64,000 nt of DNA from an uncultured Planctomycetia bacterium (GTDB lineage: Bacteria; Omnitrophota; Gorgyraeia; 2-02-FULL-51-18). The notes under the pieces were generated by a model. The model did not search any database. It saw only the letters and a program-made list of their open reading frames with translations, and was not told the DNA's origin. This document shows positions 10,247 through 19,787 of the stretch, piece after piece. Position numbers and translations under genes: made by a program. The stretch lies in the NCBI GenBank assembly GCA_964431835.1, contig CAYSKO010000004.1, forward strand, positions 71,519-135,518. Direction: 5' to 3'. The number at the start of each line of letters is the position of its first letter. Position 1 is the first letter of the stretch.

Positions 10247-11250
10247 GCGCGGCGCCGGCGGTTGGAGGCGAGGGTTACGGCGAGATCCAGCGATTCGCGC
10301 ATCGAACCCGCGTCCGCGCGGAATTTACCTGCGATGTCGTAGGCGGTGCCGTGATCGGGAGATGTGCGGACAAACGGGAGCCCCAGCGTAACGTTCACGC
10401 CCGAGCCGCGCGAGACCATCTTGAGCGGAATGAGTCCCTGGTCGTGGTACATGCAGATGACGGCGTCCCAGCGCCCCCCGTAGGCTTCGTGGAAAAGGGC
10501 GTCGGGCGAGAGCGGCCCTTCAAGTGTTCCTAGGACGCGGCGCCGGGCCCTCCGGACCGCAGGAGCGATCACGCGGATCTCCTCGTCCCCGAAGCGCCCG
10601 GACTCTCCCGCGTGGGGATTGAGTCCGCACACGACCAGACGGGGCTTTGCGATTCCGAACGAGCGGCCGAGCTCGGCGGCCGTCGTGACGATTGCCTCCT
10701 CAATGAGCGCCGCCGTGAGTTTCGAGGGGACGTCCCTTAGCGCCATGTGGCGCGTCACGGGGACGACGCGTAACCCGCCGCCAACGAGCATCATTTCGTA
10801 GCGCTTCGTATGCGATAACTCTGCGAGGTACTCGGTGTGCCCAGGCATCGTGAAACCGGCGCGCTGGAGTGCGGCCTTATTGATCGGTGGAGTCGCGACC
10901 GCGTCGGCTTCGCCGGCGAGAGCGAGCTCCGCGCCCAATTCGATCGAGCGAACGGCGAGCGCGGTGTGCGCGCGGTCGGGGCGGCCGGGACGCGCGGCGC
11001 CGGGCCAGACGAAAGGAAAAAAACAGGCGAGCTTCCGGCCCGCGGGCCGCGCGCCGGGATCGTTCACGTCCTCGAACTCTAAACGCAAGCCGAGACGCCG
11101 CGCGAGCGGACGGTAAAGCTCCGAAGGACCCAGAAGAAGCGCGCGAGCGGCCGCGAGCGGACGTACGAGCGCGCGCAGAGCGACCTCGGGGCCGATGCCG
11201 GCCGGATCGCCGAGGGTGACGGCGATCGTAAGTTCGGGGGATTTCTTCAA
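10243..11250 (-). CDS. pdxA: 4-hydroxythreonine-4-phosphate dehydrogenase
   Basis: GDPAGIGPE, GHTE, GLNPHAGE, MYHDQGL and RTSPDHGTA motifs. Confidence 0.97.
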   Translation of the reverse strand: MKKSPELTIAVTLGDPAGIGPEVALRALVRPLAAARALLLGPSELYRPLARRLGLRLEFEDVNDPGARPAGRKLACFFPFVWPGAARPGRPDRAHTALAVRSIELGAELALAGEADAVATPPINKAALQRAGFTMPGHTEYLAELSHTKRYEMMLVGGGLRVVPVTRHMALRDVPSKLTAALIEEAIVTTAAELGRSFGIAKPRLVVCGLNPHAGESGRFGDEEIRVIAPAVRRARRRVLGTLEGPLSPDALFHEAYGGRWDAVICMYHDQGLIPLKMVSRGSGVNVTLGLPFVRTSPDHGTAYDIAGKFRADAGSMRESLDLAVTLASNRRRRA

Positions 11251-12204
11251 CTAGCGGATGGAGACGTACGCGCCTTTTTTGAGGTCGGCGATCCAGGCGC
11301 CCAGCCGTTCGTCGAGCTTCTTGCGGAAAAGCTTGTCGTTGATCTCCTGACGAACGTCGGAGAGAGGCTTGACGGAAGTTTTTTGACGCTCGGCGACGCG
11401 GAAGATATGGTAACCTAGCGAGCTTTTAATCGGGGGCGTGACCCCGCCCTCGGCAAGCGCGAACACCTTTTCGTCGATCTCTCCCATGAGCTGGCCTTTT
11501 TCCATCCAGCCCATTTGACCACCTTCTTTCGCCTCCGCGCCTTCGGAATAAGTGCGCGCCAGCTCGTCAAAAGGCTTTCCTTCGGCGAGTTCGGTGGCGA
11601 TCTTGTCGGCCAGAAGCTTCGATTCTTCTTCGCCGCGCGTGGCGGTGCGGATGAGGATATGCTCGAGACGCGCGCGGTCGCCCTGGACGAACAACGCCTG
11701 ATTGGCCTTGTAATACTCGCTCACCTCGCCCGGAGAGACGGAAACCTTAGACTTCACCTCGTAGGCGACGAGCTTCTGGGTCATGAGCTGATCGCGGAAG
11801 CGGTTCCAAAGCTTTTTTTCTGTGAGCCCCTGTTCTTCGATGGCACGCAGGAACGTCTCCCGGTTCGGAAACTTGTTCCGGACCTCGTTCAGCATCTCGT
11901 CGACTTCCTCGTCCTTGACGATGACCAGGAGGCGCTTGGCTTCGCTTAAGATCAGCTTGTCCTCGATGACCTTGCCGAGGAACTCCTTGCGGGCTTCCTG
12001 AAGCTTTTGGTCGAATTCCTTGCCGGCGTACACCGTCCGGTACTGTGCGATGACGGGGCCCATCGAAACCTGGAGGTCTTGCTCGGTCACGATCTCATCA
12101 TTGACGACCGCGATGATCCTCTCGACCACTTCGGCGGCCGGAACGGCTGCCGCGCTCGCAAAGGCCAGCACGAAGAAAAGGGCGACGCGCGGAAACTTGG
12201 TCAC
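11251..12204 (-). CDS. surA: SurA-like periplasmic chaperone/parvulin PPIase
   Basis: Signal peptide, RIIAVVNDEIVT SurA N-domain, parvulin HILI...FDELARTYS...GYHIF; surA-pdxA-rsmA order. Confidence 0.85.
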   Translation of the reverse strand: MTKFPRVALFFVLAFASAAAVPAAEVVERIIAVVNDEIVTEQDLQVSMGPVIAQYRTVYAGKEFDQKLQEARKEFLGKVIEDKLILSEAKRLLVIVKDEEVDEMLNEVRNKFPNRETFLRAIEEQGLTEKKLWNRFRDQLMTQKLVAYEVKSKVSVSPGEVSEYYKANQALFVQGDRARLEHILIRTATRGEEESKLLADKIATELAEGKPFDELARTYSEGAEAKEGGQMGWMEKGQLMGEIDEKVFALAEGGVTPPIKSSLGYHIFRVAERQKTSVKPLSDVRQEINDKLFRKKLDERLGAWIADLKKGAYVSIR

Positions 12205-13148
12205 TTGGCGCTCCGGGGAGCTTCGGCGGGCGCGGCCGGTACGGCTCCGCCTGGGGCTTCGGCGGCGGACGCGGGGTTCCGCGCACCGATCTCTTCGAGC
12301 GCGGATTCGTCGATCTTTACGGTCGCGCCGCCTTTCAGACGGTCGACGAACGCGTGGAAAGCGGCAGACCGCTTTTCGTTCAAGAGACGCTCTTCGATCA
12401 GGGGCTTCACCGAAGCGAAATCGCGCAGGGCGGGTTCGCCGCGGTCGGTCAGGCGGATGATATGCCAGCCGAAGCGCGATTTCACGGGGTCGCTCGTCTC
12501 GCCTTTTTTCATCATGAACGCGGCCTGCTCGAACTCGGGGACGAACTGGCCTTTCTGGAAGAAGCCGAGATCGCCGCCGCGGATGGCGGTCTGGTCGACC
12601 GAACGCTTGCGAGCAGTCTCTTCGAAATCGGCCCCGCCGTCGAGCGCCACCTTGACGGCCTGCGCCTCCTCCCCCGTCTTCACGAGAATGTGAGACGCGC
12701 GGAAAAGCTCGGGCGTCATGAACTCGTCCTTGTGGGACTCGTAATAGCGGGAGGCTTCGTCGGGCGCGAGCTCGATCTTCTTGTCGACTTCGGTCTCGAT
12801 GAGGCGCGCGATCAATATCTTTCTGTGGGCGGCCTCGAGCACATCCTTCACTTCGGGGTCGTTTTGGATCTTCCGCTTCTCGGCTTCGCGGAAAAGGTAA
12901 CGCTCGGCGGCCATATCTTCGAGGAAGCGCTTTTTGTTGCGGAGCGCCACTTCGCGAAGCTGGCGCGGCAGGGTTTCGATCTTGGCGCTGAACTCCTTGT
13001 CCGTGATCGTCATGTCATCGAAGCGGGCCACGACTTCGCCTTCGTTCTTCTTGGCACAGCCGGCCAGAACGAGGACCGTGGCGAGCGCGCAGAGCGCGGC
13101 CTTCGAGGGTCTAAAGAATGGCTGTTCGGAGAGAGTCGTTTTATTCAC
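12201..13148 (-). CDS. PpiC/PrsA-type parvulin foldase lipoprotein
   Basis: Lipobox LAGC; ASHILV...GGDLGFF...FGWHII; GTG start at 13148 chosen from the promoter position. Confidence 0.88.
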   Translation of the reverse strand: MNKTTLSEQPFFRPSKAALCALATVLVLAGCAKKNEGEVVARFDDMTITDKEFSAKIETLPRQLREVALRNKKRFLEDMAAERYLFREAEKRKIQNDPEVKDVLEAAHRKILIARLIETEVDKKIELAPDEASRYYESHKDEFMTPELFRASHILVKTGEEAQAVKVALDGGADFEETARKRSVDQTAIRGGDLGFFQKGQFVPEFEQAAFMMKKGETSDPVKSRFGWHIIRLTDRGEPALRDFASVKPLIEERLLNEKRSAAFHAFVDRLKGGATVKIDESALEEIGARNPASAAEAPGGAVPAAPAEAPRSAK

Positions 13149-13158
13149 GAGAAACCCG

Positions 13159-13187
13159 ACTATACCACATCTAACCGGGGCTCTCAA
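13159..13187 (-). promoter_or_regulatory. Sigma70 promoter for the ppiC-surA-pdxA-rsmA unit
   Basis: TTGAGA (13182-13187), 17 nt spacer, TG-G-TATAGT (13159-13164). Confidence 0.75.
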
Positions 13188-15111
13188 GTCGATGCGATTC
13201 GAGGCCGGCCGCGCGCTCCGCCTTGAGGTGCGTCACGGCCTCCCTTAAAATCCGGCAGTAGAGATCGAAGCCGACGTGGGAGATGTAGCCGCTCTGCTCG
13301 GTGCCTAGGATGTTTCCGGCACCGCGGATCTCCAGATCCTCCATCGCGACGTTGAAGCCCGACCCCAGGTACGTGAACCGCTCGATCGCCCGCAGGCGCC
13401 GCTCGGATTCTTCGGTCAGCACGACCCCTTTCGGGATGAGGAGATAGGCGTGGGCGCTGCGGTCGAACCGTCCGACACGGCCGCGCAGCTGATAGAGCTC
13501 GGACAAGCCGAAGAGATCGGCGCGGTTGACGATGAGCGTGTTTGCGTTGGGGATATCGATCCCGGATTCAACGATCGTCGTCGAGACGAGGACGTCGAGC
13601 TCCCCTTGGATAAACTTCCGCATCACCTCTTCCAGCGCCTTCGCCGGCATCTGTCCGTGGCCCACGGACACACGCGCCTCCGGGGCGAGCTCCTGCACTT
13701 TTTTCGCGACCTTCTCGATCCCCTGCACGCGGTTGTGAATGAAAAACACCTGCCCTTTCCGGCCCACTTCGCGGCGGATGGCCTCGCGGATGGTCTCATC
13801 GGTCGCTTGCGTGACGATGGTCTCGACGGGCTTGCGGTTCCGGGGTGGCGTATTGATCGTGGACATGTCCTTCGCGCCGACGAGCGACATGTAGAGCGTG
13901 CGCGGGATCGGCGTCGCGGTGAGAGTAAGGACGTCCACTAGGAGCCGCAGACGCTTTAGATGCTCTTTGTGGCGGACGCCGAAGCGCTGTTCCTCGTCGA
14001 TGATCACGAGACCAAGATCCCGGAACGCGACGTCCCTGGAAAGCAGGCGGTGTGTGCCAATTACAATGTCGCAGGTTCCTGCGGCGAGGCACGCGACCGT
14101 GTCCTTCAGTTCCCGGGCGGTCTGGAAGCGCGATAGCAAGTGGACGCGGACGGGGAAATTCTTCATGCGCTTGCGGAACGTCTCGTAATGCTGTTCGGCC
14201 AGGAGTGTCGTCGGAACGAGGATGCCCACCTGCTTCCCGTCCATCACGACCTTGAACGCAGCCCGGAGCGCGACTTCGGTTTTTCCGTACCCAACGTCCC
14301 CGCAGAGGAGCCGGTCCATCGGCTGGGCAGATTCCAAGTCCCTCTTCACCTCTTCGACGGAACGGATCTGGTCTTCGGTCTCGTCGTACGGGAATTCTTC
14401 TTCGAGCTGCTTCTGCCACTCGGTGTCCGGACCGTAGCGATGAGGTTTTTCGAGCGCCTGGCGCTGGGCCTGCAGGTCCAAAAGCTCGCTCGCGAATGAA
14501 AGCACGCCTTTGCGGGCGCGCTCCTTCATCTTCTCCCAGCCCTTCGTACCGAGGTACGAAAGTTCCGGCTTGGACTTGCCGAACGAAACGTAGCGCTGGA
14601 GGAGGTGCAAGTCGCGCGTGGGGACGTAAAGAACGTTCTTCTCGGCGAACTCGAGAACGAAATGGTCTTCGGGGTCGCCCGAGGCGTTCTTGAGGCCCTT
14701 CAGTCCGCGATAAAGCGCGATACCGTGCAGCACGTGCACCACGTAGTCACCGATCTCGATGTCGATGAAAGGATCGACGGGCGATTCGTACTCGAGGAGC
14801 GCGTTCGCGCCGCGGGCGCCGCGCGGCCTCGCCTGCTTGGCGGGCATCACGATAACCATGCGGTGGGGCTCGAGCCGTTTGCCGCTGGAAGGGTCAAAGG
14901 TGTGGATCGATTCGACGGCCTCGTTGGAGAGCTCGATGCGGACCGGGAGAGAAAAGTGAGGCGGGAAAACGTCCACGACGCCGCCGCGCATGGCGAACTC
15001 GCCGTGGCCTCCCACCTGCTCCTGGCGGCGGTAGCCGAATTCGACGAGCCGCTTGGCGATGGATTCCCAGCGGATTTCCTTACCGACGTAAAATTCGAAA
15101 GTCTCGAACAT
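13171..15111 (-). CDS. mfd: Transcription-repair coupling factor, shortened form (646 aa)
   Basis: UvrB-like segment, CarD/RID (GDYVVHVLHG), GDVGYGKTEVA, DEEQRFGV and TRG motif DLEIRGAGNILG; no C-terminal TRCF domain. Confidence 0.93.
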   Translation of the reverse strand: MFETFEFYVGKEIRWESIAKRLVEFGYRRQEQVGGHGEFAMRGGVVDVFPPHFSLPVRIELSNEAVESIHTFDPSSGKRLEPHRMVIVMPAKQARPRGARGANALLEYESPVDPFIDIEIGDYVVHVLHGIALYRGLKGLKNASGDPEDHFVLEFAEKNVLYVPTRDLHLLQRYVSFGKSKPELSYLGTKGWEKMKERARKGVLSFASELLDLQAQRQALEKPHRYGPDTEWQKQLEEEFPYDETEDQIRSVEEVKRDLESAQPMDRLLCGDVGYGKTEVALRAAFKVVMDGKQVGILVPTTLLAEQHYETFRKRMKNFPVRVHLLSRFQTARELKDTVACLAAGTCDIVIGTHRLLSRDVAFRDLGLVIIDEEQRFGVRHKEHLKRLRLLVDVLTLTATPIPRTLYMSLVGAKDMSTINTPPRNRKPVETIVTQATDETIREAIRREVGRKGQVFFIHNRVQGIEKVAKKVQELAPEARVSVGHGQMPAKALEEVMRKFIQGELDVLVSTTIVESGIDIPNANTLIVNRADLFGLSELYQLRGRVGRFDRSAHAYLLIPKGVVLTEESERRLRAIERFTYLGSGFNVAMEDLEIRGAGNILGTEQSGYISHVGFDLYCRILREAVTHLKAERAAGLESHRLESPG

Positions 15112-15120
15112 AAGGGATTT

Positions 15121-15140
15121 AAAAAAGGGCGGGTTCGCCC
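15121..15140 (-). terminator. Short intrinsic terminator after argS
   Basis: GGGCG-AACC-CGCCC followed by T6. Confidence 0.55.
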
Positions 15141-15144
15141 GGAA

Positions 15145-16821
15145 TTACATCTTAAGAGGCGCGGACACTCCGAGAAGTCCGAGGCCCGAACGGATCACGG
15201 CCTGGAGGGCGTCGCACAGCATGAGCCGGGCCCGCGTCTGCTCTGGATCGTCCCCGAGCACCCGGTTTTCGGCGTAGAAACGGTGAAATTCGGCGGCGAG
15301 GTCCACTAGATAGGAGACCAAGCGGAACGGCTCGAGAGTCGTCTCGGCTCCCTCCAACGCCTCTTCGTAGCGCGCCAGGTGCCTCAACACGCGCAACTCG
15401 CCGGGAGACGTGAGTTTTGCCAAAACGGCGTCGTCCCATTCGAGGCGGGCGCCGCGCTCCGCGCACTGGTTTTTGATGCTCTCGACGCGCGCGTGGGCGT
15501 ACTGGATGTAAAAAACGGGGTTGTCCGGCGTCTGGCTTTTGGCGAGCGCGAGGTCGAAGTCCAGGTGAGCGTCGAACTTGCGCATGAGATAGAAGAAACG
15601 TCCCGCGTCGCGTCCCACTTCGTCCAGAATTTCCCGGAGCGTCACGAACTCGCCGGCGCGCGTGGACATCCTCACCTGCTTGCCGTCTTCGTAAAGGGTC
15701 ACCAGCTGCGCGATCAGGACGTTGATACGCTCCGGATCGTGGCCGAGCGCCGCCTGCGAGGCCTTGAGCCGCGCGATGTAACCGTGGTGGTCGGGGCCCA
15801 GGATGTTGATGAGCAGCTCGAATCCCCGCTCGAATTTGTGGTGGTGATAGGCGATGTCGGGCGTCAGATAAGTGTAGTTCTTGTCGGATTTCACGAGAAC
15901 GCGGTCCTTGTCGTCGCCGTAGTCCGTGGATTTGAGCCACACGGCGCCGTCGTTCTCGTAGACTTTGCCCTTCCCCTTCAGCTCTTCGAGCGTCTTCTCG
16001 ACGCGGCCCGACTTACCCAGCTCTTCTTGGCTGTAGAAACTGTCGAACGCCACTCCGAAATCCAAGAGATCTTTTCGGATGCCTTCCATGATCGTGTCGC
16101 GGGCGTAGCACCGGCACTCGGCGAGATCGGCGTTCGGGCTTTTTTTATGAAGCTCACGGGCGATGTCCGTGAGGTAATCGCCCTGGTAGTAGTTCTCCGG
16201 CATCGGAGGATTCGCTGGAAGCTTGGAGTCGTGCTCGCGGCGCACCTCGTTCAGACGGTACTCGCACGAAAGTCCGAGCGTGTTGATCTGCACGCCCTCG
16301 TCGTTGTTGTAGTACTCCTTCGTGACCTGGTGGCCGCGGAATGCGAGGATCCGGCCCAGGGAGTCGCCGAGCGCGGCTTGGCGGCCGTGCGCCACCGTGA
16401 GGGGTCCCGTAGGATTCGCACTCACGAATTCGAGGAGGATATTTTTCGCTTCGAGCGTCTTCGGCTTGCCGTACGCGGCGCCTTCGGCGCGGATGCGCGC
16501 GAGCACGGAGGCGGCTTCGGTGTCGGAGAAAGTGAAATTGATGAACCCGGCGCCTTCGACCGTGACTTTGGCCACGCGGGGGGCGTCCGGCGAGGCGCCG
16601 AGCGACGCCAGCAGCTCGGCTGCCACTTTGTCAGCCAACGCGCGCGGCGCCGTCTTCGCGGCCTTCGCGGCGCGGAATGCGGCGTTAGTGGCGAGATCAC
16701 CGAACTTCGCGTCGCGCGGGGTCTCGAACGAGGCGAGCGCGTCCGCGGCCGAAACCGGATGACCGGCGCGTTCGAGGGCTCCCGCCAGGTAGGAGGCGAG
16801 TGCGTCCTTCAGCGGCCGCAT
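15145..16821 (-). CDS. argS: Arginine--tRNA ligase
   Basis: EFVSANPTGPL, DHHGY, RMSTRAG, YIQYAHAR motifs and C-terminal APLKM. Confidence 0.98.
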   Translation of the reverse strand: MRPLKDALASYLAGALERAGHPVSAADALASFETPRDAKFGDLATNAAFRAAKAAKTAPRALADKVAAELLASLGASPDAPRVAKVTVEGAGFINFTFSDTEAASVLARIRAEGAAYGKPKTLEAKNILLEFVSANPTGPLTVAHGRQAALGDSLGRILAFRGHQVTKEYYNNDEGVQINTLGLSCEYRLNEVRREHDSKLPANPPMPENYYQGDYLTDIARELHKKSPNADLAECRCYARDTIMEGIRKDLLDFGVAFDSFYSQEELGKSGRVEKTLEELKGKGKVYENDGAVWLKSTDYGDDKDRVLVKSDKNYTYLTPDIAYHHHKFERGFELLINILGPDHHGYIARLKASQAALGHDPERINVLIAQLVTLYEDGKQVRMSTRAGEFVTLREILDEVGRDAGRFFYLMRKFDAHLDFDLALAKSQTPDNPVFYIQYAHARVESIKNQCAERGARLEWDDAVLAKLTSPGELRVLRHLARYEEALEGAETTLEPFRLVSYLVDLAAEFHRFYAENRVLGDDPEQTRARLMLCDALQAVIRSGLGLLGVSAPLKM

Positions 16822-16828
16822 CGGAAGC

Positions 16829-17182
16829 TCATTGCTCCTTCGCGACGAACGCGGTGCGAGGCGCGTCGCCCCAAAGCGTCTCGAGCGCGTAGAACTTGCG
16901 CGTGTCTTCGTGAAACACGTGCGCGACCACGTCGCCGTAGTCGAGCAGCACCCAAAGGCCGTCTTGGTAGCCTTCCTTGTGGATCACACGCAGCCCCTCC
17001 GCTTCGAGCGCGGTTTCGATCGAGTCGGCGATCGTCTTCACGCGCACCGTGGACGGCGCGCTCGCGAGCACGAAGTGGCTACAGAACGAGGAACGCCTCG
17101 CCATGTCCATAAGGACGATGTCGTCCGCCTTCTTGTCGTGGGCGGCCTCGCAGATGACGTCGATCTTTTCACGTGTTTCGAT
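16829..17182 (-). CDS. rsfS: Ribosome silencing factor RsfS (apparent ATC start)
   Basis: DKKADDIVLMD, WVLLDYGDVVAHVF and RKFYALETLW motifs; conserved N-terminus lies upstream of the first ATG (17110); follows nadD. Confidence 0.93.
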   Translation of the reverse strand: METREKIDVICEAAHDKKADDIVLMDMARRSSFCSHFVLASAPSTVRVKTIADSIETALEAEGLRVIHKEGYQDGLWVLLDYGDVVAHVFHEDTRKFYALETLWGDAPRTAFVAKEQ

Positions 17183-17185
17183 GAC

Positions 17186-17692
17186 TTACCTCCGTTTACG
17201 TAACGCACGCCGAAGCCGCGTCGACGAAACGTCGAGCGCGTCGAACGGCATCGAAAGAACCCCTTCGGGGAGCGGCACCGGCTTCCAGCCCTGACGCGAG
17301 GCGACGACGAAGCGGCACAACCGCCGGATCTCGCCGAACGAACGCCATTTCCGCAAGTCCGTCGCGGCGTCGGCGCCGGTCAGAAAATAAAGCACGGCCG
17401 AAGCGCCGTGCTTCCGTTTGAAATATTTTAACGTATCCACCGTAAAAGATAAGCCTTTTCTTCGAAGCTCGCAGTCGGAAACCTCGAAGTGTGGGCGCGA
17501 GCGGACGGCGCGGCGGACGCGCCCCAGGCGCTGGCGGGCCGAAAAAAGCGGTTCTTTCGCCTTCAAGGGATTCCGGCGGGAGGGCACGAAAACGACCTTG
17601 TCGAGATTGAGCTGGTCGAAGGCCGCGTCGGCGAGCTTCAAATGCCCCTCATGCGGAGGGTCGAACGTGCCCCCGAGGAGGCCGATCCTCAT
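17186..17692 (-). CDS. nadD: Nicotinate-nucleotide adenylyltransferase
   Basis: GGTFDPPHEGH, SFTVDTL, GAD and VSST motifs. Confidence 0.96.
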   Translation of the reverse strand: MRIGLLGGTFDPPHEGHLKLADAAFDQLNLDKVVFVPSRRNPLKAKEPLFSARQRLGRVRRAVRSRPHFEVSDCELRRKGLSFTVDTLKYFKRKHGASAVLYFLTGADAATDLRKWRSFGEIRRLCRFVVASRQGWKPVPLPEGVLSMPFDALDVSSTRLRRALRKRR

Positions 17693-18945
17693 TTACGGAC
17701 CTGGCCGTTCCCGGTCACGACGTATTTGTAGGTTGTCAACTCTTCGAGGCCCATAGGTCCCCGCGCGTGCAGCTTGTCGGTCGAAATACCCATCTCCGCG
17801 CCCATTCCGAACTCTCCTCCATCGTTGAAGCGCGTGGAGCAGTTCACGAACACGCAGGCGCTCTCTACCTTCGAGACGAACGTCGCGGCAGCCTTTTTGT
17901 CGCGCGTGACGATCGCATCGGAATGCATCGAGCCGTATTTGCGGATGTGGGCGATGGCGGCTTCGATATCCGGCACCACGCGGACCGCAAGAACCATGTC
18001 CAAGTACTCGGCGTGCCAGTCTTCCTCGGTCGCGGCCTTGACGCCGGAGACGAGCGCTCGCGTGGACTTGTCCGCACGGATCTCGACACCCTTTTCGGCG
18101 AGCGCGGCGCAGATCCGGGGCAAGAAACTCTTCGCCGCGTCGCGGTGAACCAGGAGCGTCTCGAGCGCGTTGCACGCGGCCGGATTCTGGATTTTGGCGT
18201 TCAGCACGATGCTCTCGGCTTTCGAGAAATCGGCCTTCCTGTCCACGAACACGTGGCAGACGCCCTTGTAGTGCTTGATGACGGGGATGCGCGAATTCTC
18301 GGCAACGTCGCGGATCAGGCCTTCGCCGCCGCGCGGGATCACGAGGTCGATCGTGCCGGTCAGTCCGAGCAAGGTCTTCACGGCTGCGCGATCGCCCGTC
18401 GGAACGAATTCGAATGCGCCGGCCGGAATCCCCTTCTTCCGCGCCGCCTCATCCATCGTGCGGAAAATAGCCCGGTTCGATTCGAACGCTTCGCTGCCGC
18501 CCTTCAGGATCACGGCGTTGCCGGATTTCAGGCAAAGCGCCATGCAGTCGGCGGTCACGTTGGGCCGCGATTCGTAAATGATGAGAATCGTCCCGATCGG
18601 GACGCTGACTTTTCGGATGCGGAGTCCGTTCGGACGCTTCCGCTCGAGGAGCGGACGGCCGACGGGATCGGGAAGCTTTGCGATCTGACGGACGGAATCG
18701 GCCACCTTACGCAGCTTCGCATCGTCCAGCGCGAGCCGCGCGATCAGGCTCGGCTGAAGCCCACGCCCACGGGCGCGCCGGACGTCTTCGGCGTTGGCCT
18801 CGAGGATCATCGCGGCGTTCAGCTCGATCGCCCCGGCCATGGCCTCTAAAGCGCGGTTCTTAGCCCCCGTCTTGAGCGTGCCGAGCACGGAGGAGGCTTC
18901 GCGAGCGCGTTGGGCGAGCCGTTTCACTTCTTTTTCGATCGTCAT
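17689..18945 (-). CDS. proA: Gamma-glutamyl phosphate reductase
   Basis: IYESRPNVT, CNALETLLVH and ISTDKLHARGPMGL motifs; ATG overlaps the proB stop. Confidence 0.97.
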   Translation of the reverse strand: MTIEKEVKRLAQRAREASSVLGTLKTGAKNRALEAMAGAIELNAAMILEANAEDVRRARGRGLQPSLIARLALDDAKLRKVADSVRQIAKLPDPVGRPLLERKRPNGLRIRKVSVPIGTILIIYESRPNVTADCMALCLKSGNAVILKGGSEAFESNRAIFRTMDEAARKKGIPAGAFEFVPTGDRAAVKTLLGLTGTIDLVIPRGGEGLIRDVAENSRIPVIKHYKGVCHVFVDRKADFSKAESIVLNAKIQNPAACNALETLLVHRDAAKSFLPRICAALAEKGVEIRADKSTRALVSGVKAATEEDWHAEYLDMVLAVRVVPDIEAAIAHIRKYGSMHSDAIVTRDKKAAATFVSKVESACVFVNCSTRFNDGGEFGMGAEMGISTDKLHARGPMGLEELTTYKYVVTGNGQVRK

Positions 18946-19787
18946 CGCTCGATGTGATTCACGTAGTGGCGAATCCAGTTCTGGGGCCGGCGGCCGCCGC
19001 GCCGGGCGGGCGCGAAAAAGGTGCCGACGTCTTCCCCACCGAAGATCCTCTCGAGGACGCGCGGTTGCCGCCCTCCCGCCAGGAACACGGGGATACCCGC
19101 GTCGACGCACATTTGGATCGATTTGAGCTTCGAGGCCATCCCGCCGACGGTGAAGCGCGTCTTCACGTCTTTCACGTGCGCGAAGACCGAATCTCCCATC
19201 CGCTCGACCACCTGGATACGGTTCCTGCGATCGGACCGGTCGCCGCCGGCGTAGAGCCCGTCGGTATCAGAAAGGATCACGAGTACGTCCGCTTCGACGA
19301 GAATCGAAAGAAGGGCCGAAAGGCGGTCGTTGTCGCCGAAACGGATTTCCTCGGTCGCGACCGTGTCATTCTCATTGATGATGGGGACGAGGCCCCAATC
19401 CTGGATCTGCTTGAGCGTCCGCTTGGCGTTGAGGAAACGTTTGCGCACGGCAAGATCGTCCCAGGTCAGGAGGACCTGTGCGGTCGAATAACCCTTTTTG
19501 GAGAACGCATCCTCGTAGCACTGCATGAGGTAGCGCTGGCCGACCGCTGCTGCCCCTTGAAGGCCTTCCATCGTGGTGGGACGGGCTTTGAGTTTCAGGA
19601 TGGTCATGCCGCTCCCGATTGCGCCCGAGCTCACGACGGCGACTCGAATGCCCCTATTGAGGAAAGACGCGACCTGCGTGGTGAGGCCGGCGACGATCGC
19701 ACGGTCGAAACGGCCGTCTTTGGTCAGCACCGAAGTGCCCACTTTGATGACGATACTCTTCATGCCCTTCACGAACGTGCCCCTCAC
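18942..19787 (-). CDS. proB: Glutamate 5-kinase without PUA domain
   Basis: KVGTS, VSSGAI, NENDTV, FGDNDRL and GGMASK motifs; 281 aa. Confidence 0.96.
   Translation of the reverse strand: MRGTFVKGMKSIVIKVGTSVLTKDGRFDRAIVAGLTTQVASFLNRGIRVAVVSSGAIGSGMTILKLKARPTTMEGLQGAAAVGQRYLMQCYEDAFSKKGYSTAQVLLTWDDLAVRKRFLNAKRTLKQIQDWGLVPIINENDTVATEEIRFGDNDRLSALLSILVEADVLVILSDTDGLYAGGDRSDRRNRIQVVERMGDSVFAHVKDVKTRFTVGGMASKLKSIQMCVDAGIPVFLAGGRQPRVLERIFGGEDVGTFFAPARRGGRRPQNWIRHYVNHIER

Noticed and set aside
18942-19787. ProB lacking the PUA domain as a truncation
   Set aside because: PUA-less glutamate 5-kinases are common, and the stop is coupled to proA
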